Below are positions 56,501 to 62,614 of a DNA stretch of 64,000 nucleotides, in pieces. A program made the translations under genes and the position numbers. The notes under the pieces are model-generated. The model worked only from the letters and a program-made list of their open reading frames with translations. It had not been told where the DNA came from and made no database searches. The DNA is from Bacteroidales bacterium. Its GTDB lineage: Bacteria > Bacteroidota > Bacteroidia > Bacteroidales > UBA3824. The stretch lies in contig JAKSLV010000002.1 in the NCBI GenBank assembly GCA_024401025.1, positions 43 to 64,042 of the forward strand. Direction: 5' to 3'. Within the stretch, counting starts at the first letter, position 1, and each line of letters opens with the position of its first letter.

Positions 56501-58024
56501 GCCGCCCAGAGAATCCACCACGAGAACGACACTCTGGTGATTTCTGATGCCGTGTTCCATAATCCCGACGACAGCATCAGGACCAACATAAAAGTGCCAT
56601 ACATACAGGCTATAAGCCCAAATCTGGAGGAACTTGCTTTCAGCAGGACGCTGGACGCCAAGAGCATAAACATACACGGAACAAGGGTGAACCTGCTATC
56701 GAAGGCCAAGAAGGAAAAGCGTGAGAATCAGCAGGAAAGGGAGCGCAAGCCGTTCCACGTAAAGGTGGACACGCTGGCGGCCGACGGCGTATGCATACAT
56801 CTGGACCGCCGATACAAGGACAAGCCCGACCTGCATTTCCCAAATATGGACCTGATAGCCACGGGCATCAACACCGAGACCGAGCACGAATCGGTGTTCC
56901 CGGCCGACAAGATTTCGGCCGGCATCAACAATTTCACCTACCTGCTCAGGGACAGCGTGATGAGGTTCCATTTCGGACGCGTGGAGCTGGATCCGATACA
57001 TCAGATTTTTGTGGCCAACCAAGTGGACTACCGCCCCAACGTGGGACGATACGATTATTACAAGCTATACGACACACGCCGCAGCGCCAACTACGTCAAC
57101 TGTCAGAAGATGACCGGCTACGGGTTCAACATCATAGATTTTGTAAAGACAATGAAGATGGACCTTACGAGGGTGGACGTCGACAAGTTTGCGTTCCTGA
57201 GCTACGACAACAAGACTATGCCGCTGGATTCCACACGCAAGCCCACGCTAAACGAATACATCTTCGACAAGCTGCCGATAAGGGTGAAATCTGATACCAC
57301 CGTGATACGCGACGCCTTCTTCGAGATGGAGCAGCTGAGCCCCGAGGTGGGAACTCCGGGAGTATTGACTCTCAACAACATAAACGGCGTGGTGTTTAAT
57401 TTCACCAACGACACCGCCGACCTGAAGGTCAACGACAAGATGATCCTGACGGCAAGCGGCCTGCTGATGAACCAATCTAACGTGAGGGCCAAGATTATGT
57501 ATGATCTGGATTCGCCAACCGAGGAGTTTGTGTGCAACTTTATGGCCGATTCGATCTATCTGCCAACTCTAAACCCCTACCTTGAGAACGGCATCTTTGC
57601 CAAGGTGGACGACGGCGTGCTCACCAAGGGAACGGTATACTTCAAGAGCGATGATATAAAATCGCGCGGCGAGTCGCAGTTTATCTATCACGACCTGAAA
57701 CTGTCGCTGAACAAGAAGGACAGCATTCAGGAAAAACGCCGCGGATTCCTGTCGTTCCTTGCCAACACTGTGGTGCGCTCCAAGAACACCCGCAAGACGG
57801 GTCACATATACGCCGTGCCCGACTCCACACGCAGTTTTGCCGGCTACTGGATGCAGTCGCTGCTGTCGGGCCTCAAGTCTACCGTGGGCTCCATCTTCGA
57901 GAGCAAGGAGCAGAAAGACGACCGCAAGCTGGCCCGCAAACTCATCGACGCCGTTACAAGGAAAAACCGCGCCTCCGACTACATTCTGGATATCCCAGAT
58001 TATGAGGAGGTAATGGTGGAATGA
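53570..58024 (+). CDS. Very large N-terminally anchored envelope protein (AsmA/TamB-like; tentative)
   Basis: 1484 aa with a single N-terminal TM (LLLTAALIVGALQYVGYY), followed by a long non-repetitive beta-rich sequence, in a cell-envelope gene neighbourhood. Family assignment is tentative. Confidence 0.5.
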   Translation: MTDNGNNIEQKPVRKASRWKTLTKLLLTAALIVGALQYVGYYCAYPLLKDRICNGVHNKSQGLYTMDFSDFRIDLLGQKIILDNFSLRADTAVYLQRIEREHYNKAIYNISVESLKINHIGIKSFFSNNELYIKEIMMQSPEIRLVGKPDKSKNEKVKYDAVHTDLYPLLKPYFDALNIRKIVINDGYFDFRLRISDNQEQFGISKIDITLRNFFLNEDKFVKKNQFFYSDVIEIGSRNYVINLADSIHSITAEHLQISTADSSIHASNVMMKSNMRTYTQKNRFDVSLKEIQINGLDISRAYFDKDVNLSKVVIKEPTIKFAKGGRVNRETKKFEGTGENWYPIIKGTLRRIAIDSLEVEGASLSISKPQVSAQPLYNVGNVNIVLEGFELDSLAYRNKNKILYSNDLDVVLNDYRMMLPDNTHQLTADNLMLSTKTEILHADKIKISPTRYVNDSTGKTMRISIPLLELSGIDMRRAYNQKDFNIGTIKISMPDIKTRSFIDSLQANGAPKQRTRLLSALSDEFFHSLKIRNLQIYKGMVDITSKAYIKEDSLTLSGKLSLNIGNFVVNSATLADDILPFRTSSVKISLDDAVVKPSKSPHTLRCKNFMLDTHNDMVKISQFSYTAESDTSLVSTLRRLGKHTIMDIRIDKSEFTKTELLEALYHGKINIESLKISNPQFQMSVYPQLRAHRDSIRQMRLPDSATMHYMDSIMLKFSDMEQLLARRIPKELSLIKVDTLTADSSVFKFVVRDTLDNIVTGTSSDFMFRANGFYFSHDSISPNANIMLANGYMMDINNFHFMLPGKTHIAQCGNIRIDTYDSLIKATDISISPFDRERTQGRAQITAQCPELTITGADFATLNSSGILPISSLTFNNSVATFTKKDTALMPPQNRDTTRRKKIFRGLSIDSLTALNNNFGISNHNGHRVMNVDFDLTSRNVSIDSANLASKGHLVSFDSTYLDAQNFRIRIKENEIAAQRIHHENDTLVISDAVFHNPDDSIRTNIKVPYIQAISPNLEELAFSRTLDAKSINIHGTRVNLLSKAKKEKRENQQERERKPFHVKVDTLAADGVCIHLDRRYKDKPDLHFPNMDLIATGINTETEHESVFPADKISAGINNFTYLLRDSVMRFHFGRVELDPIHQIFVANQVDYRPNVGRYDYYKLYDTRRSANYVNCQKMTGYGFNIIDFVKTMKMDLTRVDVDKFAFLSYDNKTMPLDSTRKPTLNEYIFDKLPIRVKSDTTVIRDAFFEMEQLSPEVGTPGVLTLNNINGVVFNFTNDTADLKVNDKMILTASGLLMNQSNVRAKIMYDLDSPTEEFVCNFMADSIYLPTLNPYLENGIFAKVDDGVLTKGTVYFKSDDIKSRGESQFIYHDLKLSLNKKDSIQEKRRGFLSFLANTVVRSKNTRKTGHIYAVPDSTRSFAGYWMQSLLSGLKSTVGSIFESKEQKDDRKLARKLIDAVTRKNRASDYILDIPDYEEVMVE

Positions 58025-58073
58025 GATTGGGTTTAGAAATTAAAAATTACAGACTCACACAAAAAACCGAAAA

Positions 58074-59414
58074 ATGAAATACTTCTTCATAGGAATAGCC
58101 GGCGCGGGAATGAGCGCCATAGCACAATATCTGGCCGGAAAGGGCCACACAGTGGAAGGCTCCGACAGAGTTTTCCTGAAGCCCGAGGGACAGGACTCAA
58201 GGCAGAAACTTGAAGCCGAGGGAATCATCTGCCACGCACAGGGAGAGAGCACACCAGCCCTCGATACCGATTTCGTGGTGGTTTCCACAGCCATCGAGGA
58301 CAGTGTCCACGAATACAAATTCGCCAAGGACAACGGCATAAAGACAATCCACCGAAGCGACCTTTTGGCCGAGATCTGCGACCAGAACCGTACAATAGCC
58401 GTATCAGGCACGTCGGGAAAATCAACCACAACAGCAATGATTTACAGCGTGTTGGAATACTGCGGCTTCTCCCCCAGCCTAATCACCGGAGCGGGACTGG
58501 CCACACTTCAGGAACAGGGCAAGATAGGAAACGCCGCCGTAGGCAAATCCGACATCCTCGTTATCGAGACCGACGAGAGCGACGGCACAATTGTGAAATA
58601 TCATCCCGAAATTGGATTGGTTCTCAACATCGACCGCGACCACAAGGAAATCTCGGAACTGATACCGCTGTTCGAGACTTTCTGCAAGCACACCAAGAAA
58701 ACCGTAATCGTGAACCTCGACAACGAGCGCAGCGCAAGCCTTTCCAGAAAACACGGTCACGATTTCAGCGCGAAATCAGAATGTGAGAATTTCTCACAGA
58801 CAATGGAGGGAATCAGATTTGAATGCAACGGCACAGAATTCAAACTCTCACAGATAGGCCGTCACAATATGGAGAATGCCTTGGCGGCTATAAAAGTAGC
58901 AAGGATTTTCGGGATAAGTGATAATAAAATATCAGAAGCATTATCAAAATATACAGGAATTTATCGCAGAAACAGGATTCTCGCCTCAAAGAACGGCGTT
59001 ACCTTAATGGACGATTTCGCGCACAATCCTGCCAAGATAAGCGCCTCGGTATCAGCCTGTCAGGATATCTCAGAGAGAGTGATAGCGTGGTTTCAGCCTC
59101 ACGGATTTGCGCCAAGCCGTCTGATGAAGGATGAGTTGATAGCCGACCTCACAAGACTTCTCCGTCCACAAGATATAATAGTTTTCTCGAAAATCTATTA
59201 CGCCGGTGGCACCGCCGACCAAAGCATTTCAGCCAAGGAATTCGCCGACGGACTTTCCGCAAATGGCAAGAACGCAATCTATATAGAGGAAAGGGCCTCT
59301 CTCCTACTCTATCTGAAAACCACCGCCAAACCCGGCGACATCATCCTGCTTATGGGCGCCCGTGATCCGTCATTAGCAACCTTCGCCGAGAATATCCGAG
59401 AAGGAATGTTTTAA
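58074..59414 (+). CDS. Mur ligase family protein (MurC/Mpl-like)
   Basis: FFIGIAGAGMSAIAQYLAGKGHTVEGSD (MurC-type Rossmann N-domain), P-loop VSGTSGKSTT, and a C-terminal Mur ligase domain. Confidence 0.75.
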   Translation: MKYFFIGIAGAGMSAIAQYLAGKGHTVEGSDRVFLKPEGQDSRQKLEAEGIICHAQGESTPALDTDFVVVSTAIEDSVHEYKFAKDNGIKTIHRSDLLAEICDQNRTIAVSGTSGKSTTTAMIYSVLEYCGFSPSLITGAGLATLQEQGKIGNAAVGKSDILVIETDESDGTIVKYHPEIGLVLNIDRDHKEISELIPLFETFCKHTKKTVIVNLDNERSASLSRKHGHDFSAKSECENFSQTMEGIRFECNGTEFKLSQIGRHNMENALAAIKVARIFGISDNKISEALSKYTGIYRRNRILASKNGVTLMDDFAHNPAKISASVSACQDISERVIAWFQPHGFAPSRLMKDELIADLTRLLRPQDIIVFSKIYYAGGTADQSISAKEFADGLSANGKNAIYIEERASLLLYLKTTAKPGDIILLMGARDPSLATFAENIREGMF

Positions 59415-59416
59415 GC

Positions 59417-59445
59417 GCCACCTTCGGTGGCTTGGGGTTTTTATC
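59417..59445 (+). terminator. Terminator hairpin after the Mur ligase gene (left end of the palindrome)
   Basis: GCCACC-ttc-GGTGGC followed by TTGGGGTTTTT, 3 nt after the stop codon. Confidence 0.5.
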
Positions 59446-59656
59446 CGAAAATGTAAAGAATAAAAAAGAATTAAAAGAATTTTTTGCCTCCGGCGGTTTT
59501 TAAACACGAATTACCACGAATGGCCACGAATTATCATAAATATTTTATAAAAAAAATTTTTGGTAATTCGTGATAATTTATGGTAATTCGTGTTCATCCC
59601 AAGGCCGTAGGCCCATTCTTTTTATTTCTTTTTTATTCTTTTAATTTTCGGATAAA

Positions 59657-59680
59657 GAAAAAAAGCCACCGCAAGGTGGC
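59657..59680 (-). terminator. Terminator hairpin downstream of the YebC-family gene (right end of the palindrome)
   Basis: Minus strand: GCCACC-ttgc-GGTGGC followed by TTTTTTTT. Confidence 0.5.
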
Positions 59681-59758
59681 GTAAGTAAGTATATGTATAC
59701 AAAAAGGGGAAGACCGCGAGGTCCTCCCCTTTCATATTATCTTTTTGGATATAGAAGA

Positions 59759-60529
59759 CTACTCCATAGCGGCTTCCATCTCCTCGGTAACTACGAGGTT
59801 GTGGTAAACAGCCTGTACATCGTCGTCATCCTCGAAAGCCTCAATCATCTTGAGTACAGAAACGCCAGAAGCGGTGTCGAGCTCCTTCATATTGTACTCA
59901 GCGGCGATTCTCTGGAGAGAAGCGTTTGTGGTCTCGATCTTAGCCTCATCAAGAGCCTTTGTGAAACCAGCGAAGCCTTCCATAGAAGTGTAGCAAACGA
60001 GAGTCTTTGTGCCTTCCTCCTCGTCCTCTACTACATCGTCGAAGTCGTCAGCGCCAAGCTCGATAAGCTCCATCTGGAACTCGTCAACATCCTTGCCAGC
60101 TGGTACGTTGAGAGTTACAACGCCCTTGCGGTCGAAAACTGAAGAAAGTGAGCCGTTGGTGCCGAGAGTACCGTTTCTCTTGTTGAAGATAGAACGTACA
60201 GAAGCAACAGTACGGTTGTTGTTGTCGGTGAGGCACTCGATGAAAACTGCTACGCCACCAGGAGCGTAGCCCTCGAATGTAACCTCGGTATAGGTAACGC
60301 CGTCGCCGGCTGACTTAGAAATTGCGCGCTCGATATTATCCTTAGGCATTGAAACACCCTTGGCGTTGTTGATAGCGGTACGGAGACGTGGGTTGCCGTC
60401 TGGGTCTGGGCCGCCTTCCTTTACTGCAACTGCGATTTCCTTAGCAATGCGAGAGAACATTGCCGAACGCTTGGCGTCCAATGCACCTTTCTTTCTCTTA
60501 ATGGTAGACCATTTATTATGTCCTGACAT
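59759..60529 (-). CDS. YebC/PmpR family DNA-binding transcriptional regulator
   Basis: MSGHNKWSTIKRKKGALDAKRSAMFSRIAKEI...NPRLR is the canonical YebC N-terminus; 256 aa. Confidence 0.92.
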   Translation of the reverse strand: MSGHNKWSTIKRKKGALDAKRSAMFSRIAKEIAVAVKEGGPDPDGNPRLRTAINNAKGVSMPKDNIERAISKSAGDGVTYTEVTFEGYAPGGVAVFIECLTDNNNRTVASVRSIFNKRNGTLGTNGSLSSVFDRKGVVTLNVPAGKDVDEFQMELIELGADDFDDVVEDEEEGTKTLVCYTSMEGFAGFTKALDEAKIETTNASLQRIAAEYNMKELDTASGVSVLKMIEAFEDDDDVQAVYHNLVVTEEMEAAME

Positions 60530-60581
60530 ATTCTTTTTGAGATTTTATGTTTTATAAAAAGCAAATTTATGTATTCGGGCA

Positions 60582-60589
60582 CAAATTTA
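60582..60589 (-). promoter_or_regulatory. Candidate -7 box for the YebC-family gene
   Basis: The minus strand reads TAAATTTG followed by TGCCCGAATA, about 52 nt upstream of the ATG. Confidence 0.4.
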
Positions 60590-60674
60590 TAAAATATTCT
60601 GTTTAGATAAAAAATATTTCAGCAAAAAAATTTATAGGTCTGATGCTTACCCTTCCAACCCGTGCCCCCATAAA

Positions 60675-60706
60675 CAAAAAAAGGCGCGGGAAACAACCCC
60701 GCGCCC
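60675..60706 (-). terminator. Rho-independent terminator of small gene copy 1
   Basis: Minus strand: GGCGCGGGG-ttgttt-CCCGCGCC followed by TTTTTTTT, 13 nt after the stop. Confidence 0.7.
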
Positions 60707-60718
60707 ATCCAAGAAGAT

Positions 60719-60931
60719 TTAGGCTGCCGAAAAATCAGTATCGGCATATTCGTCGTCGAGATTATAGGTGTTTTCCACGAGCATCGAGCTCGACTCCTCG
60801 TAATGCTCTTCCTTGATAACATTAACAAAAGCGCTGTCAACCAAGGTCTTTGCCCATTCAAAAAGGCTGAAGTGTCTCTCAGCTATACCAGTACTCTGGG
60901 CGAACGGCAAATTGATTCTAATAGTTCTCAT
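60719..60931 (-). CDS. Small hypothetical protein with acidic tail (copy 1 of tandem paralogues, 70 aa)
   Basis: ORF bracketed by its own consensus promoter and terminator. 53 of 61 aligned residues are identical to the ORF at 61352-61537, with the DNA differences concentrated where protein similarity is kept. Confidence 0.65.
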   Translation of the reverse strand: MRTIRINLPFAQSTGIAERHFSLFEWAKTLVDSAFVNVIKEEHYEESSSMLVENTYNLDDEYADTDFSAA

Positions 60932-61005
60932 TTTCTTAATTCATTAAATTTGTTAGTATATGTATAAACGTAGTTGAAAAATTGCTATGTTTTATTAATA
61001 CGATA

Positions 61006-61037
61006 CAAAGATAAATAGTATTTTTTAATTATGCAAA
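61006..61037 (-). promoter_or_regulatory. Bacteroidetes-type promoter of small gene copy 1
   Basis: Minus strand: TTTG (61037-61034), a 20-nt spacer, then TATCTTTG (61013-61006). AT-rich upstream tract. Confidence 0.55.
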
Positions 61038-61275
61038 TTTTTTAATGATTATTTTTAAAATAATTACAAAATATTTTCTGACACCAACAATCAATTATTC
61101 AACCACCCGGAATTTTGCATTTCAGATACTTGGAGTCAATTTTTCAGGGCGTATCAGGCTGAGGCTGATGCTTCAGACAAGAAATAAATAATTATCAGTT
61201 ACAGAATTCAAACGAACAATTATTTATCAGAAACGGAAGCATCAGGACAAAGCCACTCTCCTACCGGCATAGGCA

Positions 61276-61310
61276 CAAAAAAAAGAGGCCCGGAACTTAA
61301 TCCGGACCCC
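61276..61310 (-). terminator. Rho-independent terminator of small gene copy 2
   Basis: Minus strand: GGTCCGGA-ttaagt-TCCGGGCC (one G-U pair) followed by TCTTTTTTTT. Confidence 0.65.
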
Positions 61311-61351
61311 TTGGAGGTTTAGCAGCCGTCAGCGGCGGAATCCTCATTGAT

Positions 61352-61537
61352 CTACTCGTTGTCGAGATCATAAGTATTCTCAACCACCATCGAACTAGAT
61401 CCCTCGTAGTGCTCCTCGGTGATTACATTCACGAATGCACTGTTGACCAAAGTTTTTGCCCACTCAAAGAGGCTGAAGTGACGCTCCTCGATACCAGTGT
61501 TCTGGGCAAATGGCAAGTTAATTCTAATAGTTCTCAT
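61352..61537 (-). CDS. Small hypothetical protein (copy 2 of tandem paralogues, 61 aa)
   Basis: MRTIRINLPFAQNTGIEERHFSLFEWAKTLVNSAFVNVITEEHYEGSSSMVVENTYDLDNE. It has its own promoter and terminator and is shorter at the C-terminus than copy 1. Confidence 0.65.
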   Translation of the reverse strand: MRTIRINLPFAQNTGIEERHFSLFEWAKTLVNSAFVNVITEEHYEGSSSMVVENTYDLDNE

Positions 61538-61608
61538 TTTCTCAAAAAATTTAAAGTGTTAATAAATAAAAAAGTTGTTGTTGCTGTAATCTTTGTTTGA
61601 TTACGATG

Positions 61609-61640
61609 CAAAGATAGAAACGTATTTTTATTCTTGCAAA
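61609..61640 (-). promoter_or_regulatory. Bacteroidetes-type promoter of small gene copy 2
   Basis: Minus strand: TTTG (61640-61637), a 20-nt spacer, then TATCTTTG (61616-61609). Same geometry as copy 1. Confidence 0.55.
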
Positions 61641-61973
61641 TTTTTCTGTAATTATTTTTGAAATATTTTTATATAATGGTATTTTTATAATGTTTTTACT
61701 GATATTTCAACACATAAATCTGTATTACAGATACTTATAATAAGGATTATGTGTATTTGTTAAATTTTGTTAAATAATTTAAGAAATCAAAGTCAAAAGA
61801 AGAAATTTATTAAGGAATTTGTATTTAATTGGTGGGCTGTGGTTTTGATTTGTCGGTTTTATTTATATATTTTTGCTTGTATAGTTTGCTTTATTCATTA
61901 ATACATAATCGGGTCTTTAATACAAAGAAGAGCTGCTATAAAGAAATATAACTTGAATTATAAATATAGATAC

Positions 61974-62014
61974 AAAAATCCCCCGACTATAGCCAGATGG
62001 CAACAATCGGGGGA
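61974..62014 (-). terminator. Terminator after the 137-aa membrane protein gene
   Basis: Minus strand: TCCCCCGA-20 nt loop-TCGGGGGA followed by TTTTTG. Confidence 0.5.
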
Positions 62015-62063
62015 AGTATCAGGAAAGAGGGAAGTATCAGGAAAACAAAAATATACTATTCTG

Positions 62064-62477
62064 CTATGTTTTGGCAAATGGACCAAAGCCAAACAACAGA
62101 ATAAGCAAATCGGACAAAACTACGACAATACCAAAAGGCAAAAGCGCGAGCAGATAAAAAACAAAAGATGATAGAGACTTGGTATCAGATTCCAACAATT
62201 TCTTTGCCGGGAAAGCCGTGCCCAACAACTGCATTAAAATACTTATGAAAATAAAATAAAAGTAAATTCCCTTGATTCCATAATGAGGATTGGCTGTCCA
62301 AAAGTTTTCGTGAATTGTATTCAGGCGGTTGGCCACAAAGAAAAAGGCAAAGGAAGCCAGCCACCAAAGCAAGGCCTTCCCGACAGCAGGTTTTACGGCA
62401 GGACATTTATAAAAACTGACTGCAACACAAGCTATCGTGAAAACAACGCAAAAGGCGCAAAATAAAAACTTTTCCAT
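62064..62477 (-). CDS. Hypothetical 4-TM membrane protein
   Basis: 137 aa with four hydrophobic segments (FLFCAFCVVFTIACVAVSF, LLWWLASFAFFFV, IYFYFIFISILMQLLG, FVFYLLALLPFGIVVVLSDLLILLFGF). No family recognised. Confidence 0.55.
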   Translation of the reverse strand: MEKFLFCAFCVVFTIACVAVSFYKCPAVKPAVGKALLWWLASFAFFFVANRLNTIHENFWTANPHYGIKGIYFYFIFISILMQLLGTAFPAKKLLESDTKSLSSFVFYLLALLPFGIVVVLSDLLILLFGFGPFAKT

Positions 62478-62581
62478 AATTGATTATTTTATTTATATTA
62501 CAAAAGTATTCATATTAAAATTCATAAACAAAAAAATAAGCAAGTTTTCACTTCAAAGTAGTATGAAAATATTTTTTTTCT

Positions 62582-62589
62582 TACTTTTG
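62582..62589 (+). promoter_or_regulatory. Candidate -7 box for the acyl-CoA ligase gene
   Basis: TACTTTTG matches TAnnTTTG 25 nt upstream of ATG 62615. Confidence 0.35.
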
Positions 62590-62614
62590 CATTGATTTAT
62601 ATTAGCGACATTAG

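Larger units (their letters stand above)
59415..59681. repeat. 267-bp imperfect palindrome filling the convergent intergenic gap (MITE/REP-like element)
   Basis: The outer hairpins GCCACC-ttc-GGTGGC (59417-31) and GCCACC-gcaa-GGTGGC (59665-80) mirror each other. The arms TTTATCCGAAAAT...AAGAAT (59439-80) and 59615-56 are about 90% complementary. CACGAAT x3 (59505, 59515, 59525) faces ATTCGTG (59566, 59586) plus a decayed ATTTATG (59576). Confidence 0.85.

Noticed and set aside
62012-62045. Direct repeat GGAAGTATCAGGAAA x2 separated by 3 nt, just downstream of the membrane protein gene
   Set aside because: It is a single short duplication next to a terminator, with no further copies in the window. 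That is insufficient to call a functional site.
61953-62171. 72-aa plus-strand ORF in the AT-rich island
   Set aside because: It runs across the terminator hairpin and into the 3' end of the minus-strand membrane protein gene. It is Lys-rich low-complexity sequence with no promoter box upstream.
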